64,000 nucleotides of DNA from Candidatus Komeilibacteria bacterium. Its GTDB lineage: Bacteria; Patescibacteriota; Patescibacteriia; UBA1558; 2-01-FULL-52-15. Location of the stretch: the NCBI GenBank assembly GCA_043801745.1, contig JAZDLR010000022.1, positions 1,960 to 65,959 on the forward strand, in the 5' to 3' direction. The notes beneath the pieces are model-generated. The model had not been told where the DNA came from. It worked only from the letters and a program-made list of their open reading frames with translations, and did no database searches. The position numbers were made by a program, and so were the translations under genes. Shown piece by piece: positions 15,048 to 25,837 of this stretch. Positions within the stretch are counted from its first letter, which is position 1; each line of letters opens with the position of its first letter.

Positions 15048-16685
15048 CTATTTTTGTTTCTTGGCCGCTCTTAATAGTCCTACAAACAAAGGATGCGGCT
15101 TCATTGGCCGTGATTGAAATTCCGGATGAAACTGTGAAGCAATAAAATAGGGATGAACTGATGTCGGTAATTCAATAATTTCCACCAGATCATTATCAGG
15201 ACAAATTCCTGAAAAAATTAAGCCCGCTTTAGCTATAATTTTGCGGTATTGATTATTAAACTCATAACGGTGACGATGACGCTCGCTGATCCGCCGCGAA
15301 CCGTACAATTTGCGGGCCAAAGTACCTTCTTTCAACACGCAGTCGTAGGAACCCAAACGCATAGAATTGCCAAAATTACTTTCGGCCAAATTTTTTGCCT
15401 GTTTATCATTAACGTGAATCACCGCGTCTTTCGCTTGAGGATCAATTTCCACCGTGTCAGCTTTCTTAATGTTGGCAACATTTCTGGCAAATTCCACCGA
15501 AGCCAGCTGCATACCGTAACATAAACCTAAATAGGGAATTTTCTTCTTACGGCAATATTCAATGGCCTTAATAATGCCATTAATGCCCCGCGAACCAAAT
15601 CCACCCGGAACAATCACTGCATCAAGAGAATCTAAAGCCCTCAGGGAGGCCTTTGGCTTCTCAAATTCAGCCGAATCAATCCAGTGCAGTTCCGGTTTCA
15701 CTCCCACAGCTCCGCCGGCGTGTTTAATCGCCTCAATTACCGAAATATACACATCTGACAATACATAAGAACCGGAATAAAAATATTTACCCACAATTCC
15801 CACCCGCACTTTAGTTTTGGCGTGTTTAATCTGAGACAACATCCGGCGCCATTCAACCAAATCTTTCTTCTTGGTCTTCAAGCCAAATTTATCTAGAATC
15901 TTGTTACCTAATTGTTGTTTTTCAAAATTTACCGGCACATCGTAAATACTGGCCACATCCGGCGCCGAAATAGCGTCATCAGCATTGATATTGCAGAAAG
16001 TGGCAATTTTTTCCCGCCGTTTGCGGTCTAAAGGATGACTGGCACGACAAATAATAAAGTCAGCCTGAATACCCGCGCTATTCAGTGTGCGCGAAGCATA
16101 TTGCGTGGGCTTGGTTTTCATTTCTCCCACCTTGGCCGGAATCGGTAAATAACTAACCAGAATAAATAACACATCCCGGGGCGCTTTCAGCTTCATCATA
16201 CGAGCTGCTTCCAGAAAAATCAGATTTTGATATTCACCGATAGTACCCCCGACTTCCACAATGGTAAAGTCCGATTTGGCCAGACGTGAAGCGCGTTTGA
16301 CGCGCTGAATAATCTCATTCGGAACGTCCGGCACCACTTCCACGCATTTACCTTCATAACCCAAATTTCGCTCCCGTTGGATGACTGTCGAATAAACGCG
16401 GCCAGTCGTCATATAATTGGCGCACGGAATATCGACATTTAAAAAACGCTCATAATTACCAATATCCTGATCAGTCTCGTCCCCATCAATGGTAACGAAA
16501 ACCTCGCCATGCACCGTGGGATTCATCGTGCCGGCATCAACATTGACGTAAGGGTCAATTTTGATGGCCGTAACGCGGTAGCCTTTGCTTTGTAAAATTT
16601 TACCAATAGAAGCTGTGGTAATACCCTTACCAACCCCAGACATTACTCCGCCGACGACAAAAATGTATTTAGTATTAGTGGCCAT
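15048..16685 (-). CDS. pyrG: CTP synthase
   Basis: KYIFVVGGVMSGVGKG, KIDPYVNVDAGTMNP, GLCYGMQ and QFHPEF. Confidence 0.98.
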   Translation of the reverse strand: MATNTKYIFVVGGVMSGVGKGITTASIGKILQSKGYRVTAIKIDPYVNVDAGTMNPTVHGEVFVTIDGDETDQDIGNYERFLNVDIPCANYMTTGRVYSTVIQRERNLGYEGKCVEVVPDVPNEIIQRVKRASRLAKSDFTIVEVGGTIGEYQNLIFLEAARMMKLKAPRDVLFILVSYLPIPAKVGEMKTKPTQYASRTLNSAGIQADFIICRASHPLDRKRREKIATFCNINADDAISAPDVASIYDVPVNFEKQQLGNKILDKFGLKTKKKDLVEWRRMLSQIKHAKTKVRVGIVGKYFYSGSYVLSDVYISVIEAIKHAGGAVGVKPELHWIDSAEFEKPKASLRALDSLDAVIVPGGFGSRGINGIIKAIEYCRKKKIPYLGLCYGMQLASVEFARNVANIKKADTVEIDPQAKDAVIHVNDKQAKNLAESNFGNSMRLGSYDCVLKEGTLARKLYGSRRISERHRHRYEFNNQYRKIIAKAGLIFSGICPDNDLVEIIELPTSVHPYFIASQFHPEFQSRPMKPHPLFVGLLRAAKKQK

Positions 16686-17106
16686 GAGCTTCGGCTTTAA
16701 CTATTACGGTTAATATTGCTCGTTCCTGGCCATTTTTTATTGGCAGCTGAAAATGACCACTATGTTTTAAGGCTTTAAAATCAATTAGCTGCTTTTCCTG
16801 CAAATCAATGCCCAATTGCAGTTTAACCTGCTGAATGATTTCAGCCGCATTAATTCCGGCGTAAAGGTTTTTGGCACCGGTAACCTTAGCTGCTAAAGAA
16901 ATCGTCGCTCCGTTTAAACCCTTGATTGCCACAGTACTGACCGGAGCTATCACTGATTCACTAACAATCGGTGCTACAAAGGAATCCCCCACTGCCTGAG
17001 CTAATTTCTGCGGCAACAAAAAATTGGCCGCAAAACCATCGCGGACAATCTTGACTTCTCCTTTTTGACCAACATTGGGTATATGTTGCAGGAGCACTAC
17101 TTTCAT
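16675..17106 (-). CDS. rplI: 50S ribosomal protein L9 (divergent)
   Basis: MKVVLL...VGQKGEV..VRDGFAANFLLPQKLA N-terminal signature. Confidence 0.9.
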   Translation of the reverse strand: MKVVLLQHIPNVGQKGEVKIVRDGFAANFLLPQKLAQAVGDSFVAPIVSESVIAPVSTVAIKGLNGATISLAAKVTGAKNLYAGINAAEIIQQVKLQLGIDLQEKQLIDFKALKHSGHFQLPIKNGQERAILTVIVKAEAHGH

Positions 17107-18356
17107 GGCTGCTTTTGCTTAATTAGTTCCAGGGCTTTATCTAACTGCGGATCTTTATTGGCCTGCACATCGGCGTCAGTAAAAGGAACAACCACGTCCG
17201 GCTGAATGCCCTGATCCTGAATTGACCGGCCTTTCGGCGTCAGCCACTTAGCCACGGTGATTTTTACCGCTGAACCGTCGGGCAATTGTTCCAGATTCTG
17301 CACTGAACCCTTACCATAGGACTTTTCACCCACCACTGTAGCTAAGCCGTAATCTTGCAATGCACCAGCCAGAATTTCTGAAGCCGAAGCTGAACCGCCA
17401 TTAATCAGAACAACGGTGGGCACCTCCGGGGCGCGAACAAATTTGCGGGCCGCATAAGTAGTGTCTTTACCAGCGTCAATAAACGATTCCTTAACTACCA
17501 CGTCACCCTCTTTGACCCAGGCGCTGGCAATAGCCACCGCCTGATCCAGAAAACCACCGGGATTATTACGCAGATCAATAATTAGACCCTTAGGATTTTT
17601 CTTAGTAATGTCATTAAGCGCCGAAATAAATTTCTTCTCCACATCCTGATTGAAGCTGATTATACGAATAGTAGCGATATTACTGGCGTCAACCGAAGAA
17701 GAAATCACCGGAATATCAATCGTATCACGCTGGACAGTAATTTTCTCCGGCTTACTATTAGTAGAATCCTTATGAATTACCAGTAGCACAACTGAAGTAC
17801 CTTTGGGTCCACGTATTTTTGCCACCGCCTCATCAATATTCAGATTCTGAGCCGAGACATCATCAATGCTTAAAATTATGTCTCCCGCTTTTATTCCCGC
17901 CTTGGCCGCTGGACTGCCCGGCAAAGGCGCTACTACAACCAGATTACCGTCTTTGGCGCTAATTTCTGCTCCAATACCGTCAAAACTGCCATTCAAATCC
18001 TGAGAAAACTCCTGATTCTCCTGGGGAGCTAAAAATAAAGTGTGTGGGTCTCCCACAGCATCGACCATGCCCCTGATGGCGCCATAATATAGCTTTTGCT
18101 CATCCAGCTGGGAGCGGTCAACATATTCACCTTTCAGTAAATCCCAAACTTTCCAGAAAACAGAAAAATCCACAGCGTGTTCCTGTGCCAGTTGCTCGCT
18201 ACTCTGCCGAAACTGCCAAGGATCAAAAATTTTACTCCCCGCCTGTCCGTCTGATAAAGCCAAAAAATAACCAGCTAAAAAAGCCACAGCCACAACCACT
18301 AGCCAGCCCAGGCGATAACCCGGCCGCGGTCCTGATGAAATAGAAGTTGGTGCCAT
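17103..18356 (-). CDS. ctpA: C-terminal processing protease, S41A family with PDZ domain
   Basis: N-terminal TM, FDGIGA (PDZ), DLRNNPGG, SASASEI and GKGSVQ. Confidence 0.93.
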   Translation of the reverse strand: MAPTSISSGPRPGYRLGWLVVVAVAFLAGYFLALSDGQAGSKIFDPWQFRQSSEQLAQEHAVDFSVFWKVWDLLKGEYVDRSQLDEQKLYYGAIRGMVDAVGDPHTLFLAPQENQEFSQDLNGSFDGIGAEISAKDGNLVVVAPLPGSPAAKAGIKAGDIILSIDDVSAQNLNIDEAVAKIRGPKGTSVVLLVIHKDSTNSKPEKITVQRDTIDIPVISSSVDASNIATIRIISFNQDVEKKFISALNDITKKNPKGLIIDLRNNPGGFLDQAVAIASAWVKEGDVVVKESFIDAGKDTTYAARKFVRAPEVPTVVLINGGSASASEILAGALQDYGLATVVGEKSYGKGSVQNLEQLPDGSAVKITVAKWLTPKGRSIQDQGIQPDVVVPFTDADVQANKDPQLDKALELIKQKQP

Positions 18357-18412
18357 AATAAAATAATTACTTCGGTAGTATAACGTAATTTGTGCCCATA
18401 AGCAAAGAACAA

Positions 18413-19705
18413 TTAATCTCTTTTGATATTGGCACCTAGAGCCAACAAACGCTGATCAATAGCCTCGTAACCGCGGTCCACCTGACTAATATTAGTAATA
18501 GTGCTTTCACCCTGAGCAATCAGCGCCGCAATAATTAAAGTTGCTCCGGCGCGCAAATCATAGCTGGTAATTTCCTTGCCATAGAGCGGAGTTGGTCCGA
18601 CAATAGTGACGCGGTGAACATCCAGCAAAGTCATATCGGCTCCCATTTTCTGTAACTCCTGCACGTACTTCATACGGCCGTCATACATCCAATCATAAAT
18701 TAAACTGACTCCGCGGGCCTGTGTCAGCAGTACGGCCATTGGTTGTAGCAAATCAGGACTAAAGCCCGGTGCCGGCATGTCGTGCAATTTAACCAAGGGC
18801 AACAGTTCATCCGTCTGGCGAGTCAGCACGGAAAATAATTCATAATGATGTGAAGGATCCCAACCTTCAGATCGTAGTTCAAATTTCATACCAACTTCAC
18901 GGAATTTTTCTAATTCTAAATACAAAAATTCCCGCGGTAAATGCTTAATAGTAATAGCCGAATTACTGGCTCCGGCCATAATCATAAAAGTCCCGGCTTC
19001 TACCGGATCGGGCACAATGTGATAAGTAGAACCTTGAAGTTTACTACTGCCTTTAACCTTGAGTACCGCCGAACCAATGCCTTCAACCTGCGCTCCCAGT
19101 GATTGTAAAAACCAACATAAATCCTGAACCTGGTGATCCGAACCGGCAGCAATGCGTATTTCCAAGGGCTGGTCACTACCAGCCGCAGCCAACAATAATA
19201 ACTCTGTGGCTGTCACGCTAAACTCGCTGAGAATAACCCGCTCCGGCTGCTTCTGATCGCGGACAATATGCATCAGACGCTCTTCGTTCGTAATAGTGCA
19301 ACCAAATTGCTGGAGCGCACCCAAATGAGCGTCTAACGGCCGCGAACCAATTTGACAACCACCCGGCGTAGAAATTGTGATTTCCCGGAACCGGGCGACC
19401 AATGAACCGATAAGAATAATAGAAGCACGGATACGCTTAACTAAGGTTATATCCAATTTCCGCGGATCCAGCGAGTCATTATTGATAGTCAGTGAATGCT
19501 CGTCAGTCCAGCTGATCTTTGATCCCATACTGGCCAGCAGTTCAATCATAGTTAAGACATCACCAATTCTGGGGACATTATGCAGTTGACAGTCACCGGA
19601 AACTAGCACTGTAGCCGCTAAAATGGCCAAAGCCGAGTTTTTGGCCCCTCGGACCTCAATCTCACCCCGCAGGCGTTGATCGCCTTGAATAATGAAGGAA
19701 TCCAT
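18413..19705 (-). CDS. murA: UDP-N-acetylglucosamine 1-carboxyvinyltransferase
   Basis: GAKNSAL, RAS, PGGCQIGSRP (catalytic Cys), DLRAGA and DRGYE; start refined to ATG 19705. Confidence 0.96.
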   Translation of the reverse strand: MDSFIIQGDQRLRGEIEVRGAKNSALAILAATVLVSGDCQLHNVPRIGDVLTMIELLASMGSKISWTDEHSLTINNDSLDPRKLDITLVKRIRASIILIGSLVARFREITISTPGGCQIGSRPLDAHLGALQQFGCTITNEERLMHIVRDQKQPERVILSEFSVTATELLLLAAAGSDQPLEIRIAAGSDHQVQDLCWFLQSLGAQVEGIGSAVLKVKGSSKLQGSTYHIVPDPVEAGTFMIMAGASNSAITIKHLPREFLYLELEKFREVGMKFELRSEGWDPSHHYELFSVLTRQTDELLPLVKLHDMPAPGFSPDLLQPMAVLLTQARGVSLIYDWMYDGRMKYVQELQKMGADMTLLDVHRVTIVGPTPLYGKEITSYDLRAGATLIIAALIAQGESTITNISQVDRGYEAIDQRLLALGANIKRD

Positions 19706-19767
19706 TGTAGTATGCGTCAATTAGGTTTATGATTGGTAGTATAATGCAGTCTACATAATAGCTCAAG

Positions 19768-21036
19768 ATGACCATTACGCAACGCCGAATTGTCTACAGT
19801 CTTTTCTTCCTGCTTTTTTTTATTATCTCGCCCCTGATCGTGCTTTACGCCACGGGCTACCGGCTAGATCTGACCTCGGGAAGTATCAGTAAAGTGGGCG
19901 CTTTATATATTAAGACCTACCCCTCAGGCGCCAAAGTCTACCGCAATAATCTATACACTAAGCGGAAAACTCCCACGCAAATAGTTAACATACCCAGCGG
20001 CTTACAAACTATTAGCGTGATCAAAGATGGCTATCAGCCCTGGACAAAAGAACTGCGGATTGAAGCCGGAAAAACCACCTTCGTCGAAGACATTGTTTTA
20101 TTCCGTGAAACATTTACCAGCGAAAAGTTAGGCGCCGGCGGTTCCCAACTAGTCTTATCACCCGACAGGGAACTGGCAGCCTATGCTGACAATAACAATA
20201 AGTTAGCTATCGTTAACCTGACTGCCGGCACTATTGATACCAGTATTATTCTGCCGGCGGCAAGTCGCATCAAGCGTTGGTCACAAGATCACAGCCGCCT
20301 AGCTTACCAGACGCGCGAACAATGGAATATTGTGGATATTGGCAGTCAAAAGGTTTGGCCCTTAGCCAACTACATTAAGGGTCCAATTTCCAACTTACAT
20401 TTCGGCAGCACTGGCGATGATATCTGGGTTCAAGCCGGCAGTAGTTTATGGCGACTCAATTTGCTAACTGGAAAAAAGCAGATCGCTGCTAACGAAACCA
20501 AAGATTTTTACATCACTGCCGACTCGCTGGTGCAATTATCTTCCGACAACCATCTGCTGCTGGCCAAAATCACCACTAACAGTCAACAGGTCTACGCTCT
20601 GCCCGCCGGCGATTATCAATATATTGCTGATTTCCGCAATGATGTGGTTTTACTGCAGGGCAACAATCAATTTTTTATCTGGAGTAATGAGCAGTTGCGG
20701 GACACTATTAGCGCCACCCAATTTGACTGGCGCAAAAATAAAATTATCTTAACCAATGGCTACGACATCTGGCGCTATGACACGGCCGATCAGTCCACAA
20801 CTCTGCTAGACCGCACCGGTTCACAGCCGCAGCTTATTCGCTGGCATCCCAGTGAAAGCTATATTACCGAAGTAGTGGGCGGCCAGATTCAAATAATTGA
20901 ATTAGACAACCGCGGTGAGAAACGCCACCTGATCACTATTGCCCCCTTATCCCAGGGCGATTATACTTTTGACCCCAAAGGCGAAAAAATCTATATCCTC
21001 ACGGACAAAGATTTTCAGCAGTTAACTATTCAGTAG
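19768..21036 (+). CDS. PEGA domain membrane-anchored protein with beta-propeller-like C-terminus
   Basis: TM then YATGYR, LYIKTYPSGAKVY...TP...KDGYQPW (PEGA). Confidence 0.85.
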   Translation: MTITQRRIVYSLFFLLFFIISPLIVLYATGYRLDLTSGSISKVGALYIKTYPSGAKVYRNNLYTKRKTPTQIVNIPSGLQTISVIKDGYQPWTKELRIEAGKTTFVEDIVLFRETFTSEKLGAGGSQLVLSPDRELAAYADNNNKLAIVNLTAGTIDTSIILPAASRIKRWSQDHSRLAYQTREQWNIVDIGSQKVWPLANYIKGPISNLHFGSTGDDIWVQAGSSLWRLNLLTGKKQIAANETKDFYITADSLVQLSSDNHLLLAKITTNSQQVYALPAGDYQYIADFRNDVVLLQGNNQFFIWSNEQLRDTISATQFDWRKNKIILTNGYDIWRYDTADQSTTLLDRTGSQPQLIRWHPSESYITEVVGGQIQIIELDNRGEKRHLITIAPLSQGDYTFDPKGEKIYILTDKDFQQLTIQ

Positions 21037-21763
21037 TCCCGTTGCCACGGCGCAAACGGGCAATCAGATTAGAAGCCTCCAGTAAGGCGTCAAAAGTCCC
21101 GGTATCCAGCCAATGACCCTCAAAAATTTGTAGTTCCAAAGATCCTTCCCGCAGATAGAGATTATTAATATCCGTAACTTCCAACTCGTTTCTGGCCGAA
21201 GGCTTGAGCGACTTGGCTTTGGCCACCACAGTGGAATCATAGACGTATAATCCGGTAACAGCCAAATTACTTTTGGGCTCTGCCGGTTTTTCGCTAATTG
21301 CTACTACTTTCTTATCAGGACCAAACTCAACTACGCCGAACCGCTTGGGGTCAGTCACTTCTTTGGCAAATATCCGGCCACCCGAGGTAAAACTGGTAAT
21401 CGCATGCCGAATTTGCTCCTCATGACCTATAAACAAATTATCGCCCAGGATCATTGTCACCGGATCATTGTCAATAAAGTTTTCGGCAATTATAAAGGCT
21501 TGCGCTAATCCTTCGGGACGGTCCTGTACCTCATAGGAAATTTTTACACCCCAATCCCGACCGCTACCCAACAGTCTGACAAAATTGCCAATATTCTGCG
21601 GATCAGAAATAACTAGTATTTCTTTAATACCAGCCGCGATTAGGGTTTGCAGCGGATAATAAATCATTGGCCGATCAAAAATCGGCAACAGCTGCTTACT
21701 GGTAATTTTGGTCAGCGGATACAGGCGCGTACCAGCGCCCCCGGCTAAAATAATTCCTCTCAT
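21026..21763 (-). CDS. rfbA: Glucose-1-phosphate thymidylyltransferase (short form)
   Basis: GIILAGGAGTRLYPLT, SKQLLP, LGDN, EKP and WLDTGT. Confidence 0.95.
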   Translation of the reverse strand: MRGIILAGGAGTRLYPLTKITSKQLLPIFDRPMIYYPLQTLIAAGIKEILVISDPQNIGNFVRLLGSGRDWGVKISYEVQDRPEGLAQAFIIAENFIDNDPVTMILGDNLFIGHEEQIRHAITSFTSGGRIFAKEVTDPKRFGVVEFGPDKKVVAISEKPAEPKSNLAVTGLYVYDSTVVAKAKSLKPSARNELEVTDINNLYLREGSLELQIFEGHWLDTGTFDALLEASNLIARLRRGNGTTE

Positions 21764-21767
21764 TCGT

Positions 21768-22745
21768 TTATTGTTTATAGGCTCCCGACACTATAGCGCG
21801 CCACCAATTCTGCTGCTCCCGATACCAATCAATGGTGGCTTTCAGCCCTGATTCGAAATCATATTCCGGTTGCCAGCCTAATGTCAAGTTGCTGGCACTA
21901 CTGTCAATAGCATAACGCCAATCATGGCCCGGACGGTCAGTAACAAATTCTAGTACGTCATCTGTCACGCCCATCAGCGCTACAACCTTACGCGCCAGGT
22001 CAATATTACTCAACTCCTGACCGCCACCGAAAAGATAGGTCTGTCCCACTTGTCCTTTTTGTAAAACCAGCTCTATACCCCGTATATGATCTAGTACATG
22101 CAGCCAATCCCGCACGTTACTACCATCGCCGTAAATGGGAACTTTCTTAGACTGCAAAATATTAGTAATCATCAGCGGTAAAAATTTTTCCGGGAACTGA
22201 TAAGGACCGTAATTATTACTACAATTACTAATGGTTATAGGTAAGCCATAAGTATAATAATAAGCGCGCACTAAATGATCAGCAGCGGCCTTAGAAGCCG
22301 AATACGGACTATGCGGGTCATAGGGGCTATGTAAATTAAAAGTCCCTTGAGCCGAAAGACTGCCAAAAACTTCATCGGTGGAAACGTGATGAAATCTCTT
22401 GACTCCCAGCTCTTTGGCGGCCGCCAATAAAATACCCGTACCGACCACATTGGTCTGTAAAAAAGGCAGAGCATTTTTAATAGAGTTGTCGACGTGCGAC
22501 TCAGCCGCAAAATGAACAACTACGTCAACACCCGACATCGCCCGACCCACTGCTGCCGCATCAGTTATGTCTCCCAGAATAAAACTATAGTTGGCCAGGG
22601 ACTCAATTGCAGATAAATTGGCTTTATTACCGGCGTAAGTGAGAGCATCAAGATTTACAATCTGATCGGCCGGATGCTGACGCAGCCAATAGTGAATAAA
22701 ATTGCTGCCGATAAATCCGGCTCCGCCGGTTACCAGGAGTTTCAT
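21768..22745 (-). CDS. rfbB: dTDP-glucose 4,6-dehydratase
   Basis: TGGAGFIG, FAAESHVD, STDEV, YSASK and DRPGHD. Confidence 0.96.
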   Translation of the reverse strand: MKLLVTGGAGFIGSNFIHYWLRQHPADQIVNLDALTYAGNKANLSAIESLANYSFILGDITDAAAVGRAMSGVDVVVHFAAESHVDNSIKNALPFLQTNVVGTGILLAAAKELGVKRFHHVSTDEVFGSLSAQGTFNLHSPYDPHSPYSASKAAADHLVRAYYYTYGLPITISNCSNNYGPYQFPEKFLPLMITNILQSKKVPIYGDGSNVRDWLHVLDHIRGIELVLQKGQVGQTYLFGGGQELSNIDLARKVVALMGVTDDVLEFVTDRPGHDWRYAIDSSASNLTLGWQPEYDFESGLKATIDWYREQQNWWRAIVSGAYKQ

Positions 22746-23140
22746 GACCTTAAGACATTCTTGATGGAGTCAGCCATAATAACGTCAGCGCCTTCCTGGT
22801 AAGCAGTTGTCGGCCAACCTTTAAACCCATCATTAAAATAACGCGGAATTAAATGAATATGAAAATGCGGCACGTCTGTGCCAACCACATTTACGACAAC
22901 GAAGTCAGCGCCGGTGGCCAATTTGATGGCTGGTAATAATTTCTTGGCTTTAATAAACAGCTGAGCTAATAAAGTATCCGGAGTTTCCGCCAATTGCGCG
23001 TGATGCTGCTTGGGTATTAATAAAACATGTCCCGGATGCACTGGCTTAATATCCAGAAAGGCTAAAGCTTGCTCATCTTCATAAACCTTGTTGGCCGGAA
23101 TAGTGCCGGACACAATGGAACAAAATAGGCAATCAGTCAT
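22742..23140 (-). CDS. HIT family nucleotide hydrolase
   Basis: DCLFC, GHVLLIPK and HFHIH. Confidence 0.93.
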   Translation of the reverse strand: MTDCLFCSIVSGTIPANKVYEDEQALAFLDIKPVHPGHVLLIPKQHHAQLAETPDTLLAQLFIKAKKLLPAIKLATGADFVVVNVVGTDVPHFHIHLIPRYFNDGFKGWPTTAYQEGADVIMADSIKNVLRS

Positions 23141-23510
23141 TGTTCTGCGGTTTTTTAATGATTAATCTGATAACTGTCAATATAATAATAACCGCTACAG
23201 TCGGCCACCACAACCAGTTTGGCAGTACTGCTAAACGGATAATAATTTTATCAACAACCATAACGGCCGCCAGAAACCAGAACAAATAATACCAGCGCCA
23301 CCAACCACTTAGGCGCTGCTCCTCTACAACCAACCCGGCCACCACTACAATAACTATTGTCAGCAACACCATCAGATTGAGATCGGCTATATTACTAATA
23401 ATGCCGGGCTTGAGCCATTCCAGGCCAGCTGCCAGAACAGTGGTCAAACTACAGCTGACAGCTGCCTCCAAGGCCAATTGACGGAATTTAGGCTGATTTA
23501 ACCAAAGCAT
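23133..23510 (-). CDS. Hypothetical membrane protein
   Basis: Four hydrophobic segments; probable start ATG 23510. Confidence 0.65.
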   Translation of the reverse strand: MLWLNQPKFRQLALEAAVSCSLTTVLAAGLEWLKPGIISNIADLNLMVLLTIVIVVVAGLVVEEQRLSGWWRWYYLFWFLAAVMVVDKIIIRLAVLPNWLWWPTVAVIIILTVIRLIIKKPQNND

Positions 23511-24054
23511 ATAATTCTTGTTGTAGAGCACGCCAAACGGCTGATACCGAAGTTAGCGGCTGTTTATACAGACTAACGGTCAGCGCCTCAATAGTTAATT
23601 TATTTACCGACTGATCATAATTAGACAGTGACAACATAAAACGCAATGAGCGCTGTTCCACGGCAGCTGATGCTGGATCAAAAGTAACGCTAGCGCGACC
23701 ACTACTATCAGCCTGCAAAGTCTGTAAATAATAGTTCCAACCGGCAGTATCTTGCACTTGTAATCCCAGCTGGACCACTGATGGCTGCGGTTGTTGGTAA
23801 CGGATCGCCACAGTTACTTTATCGTACTTCTGCGGATAGCGTACCCGCCAATATACAGGTTCAGCCAAGACGTCCAGGCCACCGGCTGACGCAGTTAAAC
23901 GGCCAACCGGATACAAGCGAGAAATTTGCGGACTCTCCTGTTGCCAATCATAAGTAATAACTCGTACTCCCGATAGATTTAAATCATACAGCACGACTAG
24001 TGCAAAAAATACCAGAGGGATGGCAGCAATGATCCAGCGTAATACTCTAATCAT
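23488..24054 (-). CDS. Hypothetical membrane-anchored protein
   Basis: N-terminal TM and beta-rich ectodomain; overlaps both neighbours as in an operon. Confidence 0.7.
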   Translation of the reverse strand: MIRVLRWIIAAIPLVFFALVVLYDLNLSGVRVITYDWQQESPQISRLYPVGRLTASAGGLDVLAEPVYWRVRYPQKYDKVTVAIRYQQPQPSVVQLGLQVQDTAGWNYYLQTLQADSSGRASVTFDPASAAVEQRSLRFMLSLSNYDQSVNKLTIEALTVSLYKQPLTSVSAVWRALQQELYALVKSA

Positions 24055-25633
24055 GGATTAATTCCAATTGATATAAGCCCAAATTTTCCGCCTCAAAAAG
24101 CGGCGGACCCAAACGTAGACCATAGTTATTCCATTGCTGATTAAAATAGTCCCGACGTTCACTTGTAACCTGCGGATTTAGAAAATAGACCGGCCAACCA
24201 GCGCGCACTAAAGCCGCCGTTGCTTCCAAATAGCCGCTATCGCCCTGAGGTGTTACAACCGCATAGGTTGGCCATAAATATTTATCCGCCTTCTGGGTCA
24301 TAATTATGGAGTCAGCCGGTATGATTGCTTTGACACGTTCCAAAGTTCTAGTATAAACCTGCAAGTCCCGCCTCTGCTGCCACCACCCCTCCTGCGGCTC
24401 CAGCATCACCCGCTGAAATGAGAACAAACCCAAAGTCAAAACAATACTGACGATAAATAATTTCTGATACCGCGGTAACAATTGCCGGCTTAAGCCAATA
24501 ATAGCCCAAGCAACATAAGGAGCCAATAAAATATAGAGCGGTAATAAATAACGCACATACGAGGTGCCAATAGTCACGGCTCCGGGCTCGGGATTATCTT
24601 GTAGGGCCCAGCTGCCGTAATAGCACAATAGAAAAATCCCCACAAAAAGTGTTAACCAACCATAACGACGATGCCGTTGCTCTTTAAAATTATGCCGTAA
24701 AGACAAAGCGCCGACCAAAGCTAACAGCAAAAAGGGGAACTGCCACCAGACAACATATTGCTCAACCACCCAAAGTATCAACCGCGGATGAAAACCAAAA
24801 GGGAAAAGTAGAGCCGAAACAAGATAAAAAATGCTAGTTGGACCAGTCGAAATTATCTGATTGCCACCGCCCCAAAGTACCGACCAGTGATCCACCACCG
24901 CCAGTAAGGCAACCAGCACGACAGGAATCACGCCTAAGGCTGCCAATAAAATATATTTGGCGAACAACCGCCGCCATTCAATGACAATAAAAGTAGCGAC
25001 AGCAGCTAATATCCAGACCGATTCCGAAGGTCTGACGATTATCGCCCCGGACAGAGTGACTCCCAGCAAAGCGTAATCCCACCAGCGGCGGCGCTGGGAA
25101 ATTTGGTATAAATAATAACTGGCCATCAGCAACAAACTAACAAACAATACGTTGGGCAATAAGCTGCGTTGAGTATAATAAAGCCAGGCCGGATGAAACA
25201 TGGCCACCAAAACTGACCACCAAGCCATTTGGGGCGAAAAAACTTTCTTGATCAACCAATAAAAATGCAGCAAACCTAATAAGGCGAAGAGCAAGGTCCA
25301 ATATGGTAGTAGCACCGTGGAAGTTAAACTACTTAAGAAACCATAGAAAGCAATTAGTCCGACAAATCCGGCCGGTAATAAATATCCGCCCCTGACAACC
25401 GCGCTGCGCGGTGTAACATATTCGCCGGCCACCGGTATGGTCACCGGCAAACCCAGCGGCTGACCCGTAGCCAAACGATAGGCAAAATGATAGTTAATAG
25501 TGGCATCGGGCGATTCAAAAATCTTGGCCGGCCCCCCATTCCAAATTAATATCAGCTGAAGAACAACAAAAATGCCAAAAATCACAAATAGGCCATATTG
25601 TGTCAAGAGTTGAATCTTAAGCTGGTGCCACAT
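24047..25633 (-). CDS. GT-C fold (family 39/PMT-like) integral membrane glycosyltransferase
   Basis: About 12 TM; ESPD acidic motif after TM1; RPSE and RYLLP motifs. Confidence 0.7.
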   Translation of the reverse strand: MWHQLKIQLLTQYGLFVIFGIFVVLQLILIWNGGPAKIFESPDATINYHFAYRLATGQPLGLPVTIPVAGEYVTPRSAVVRGGYLLPAGFVGLIAFYGFLSSLTSTVLLPYWTLLFALLGLLHFYWLIKKVFSPQMAWWSVLVAMFHPAWLYYTQRSLLPNVLFVSLLLMASYYLYQISQRRRWWDYALLGVTLSGAIIVRPSESVWILAAVATFIVIEWRRLFAKYILLAALGVIPVVLVALLAVVDHWSVLWGGGNQIISTGPTSIFYLVSALLFPFGFHPRLILWVVEQYVVWWQFPFLLLALVGALSLRHNFKEQRHRRYGWLTLFVGIFLLCYYGSWALQDNPEPGAVTIGTSYVRYLLPLYILLAPYVAWAIIGLSRQLLPRYQKLFIVSIVLTLGLFSFQRVMLEPQEGWWQQRRDLQVYTRTLERVKAIIPADSIIMTQKADKYLWPTYAVVTPQGDSGYLEATAALVRAGWPVYFLNPQVTSERRDYFNQQWNNYGLRLGPPLFEAENLGLYQLELIHD

Positions 25634-25837
25634 ATTATCAGTATACCCCGTGAGATAACTGATTTACAAGTTAATAATATCTTGGGCAGGTTGAGCAGAA
25701 AAACCTTTTTTTGTCGCAAATAAATCCTGCTTGTGTCTATATTTTATTAATTACCTTTTGTCCGGGAAAAATTGTGAAATTATTGGCACTTTTCTCTAAC
25801 AGGATAAATATGTTACACTGGGCGCATTGACAATACC

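Noticed and set aside
18413-19705. Fosfomycin-resistant MurA variant
   Set aside because: The catalytic Cys is retained (PGGCQIG).
21026-22745. Missing rmlC/rmlD (and fcl/rmd after gmd) as a novel pathway
   Set aside because: They may lie elsewhere in the genome; this cannot be judged from one window.
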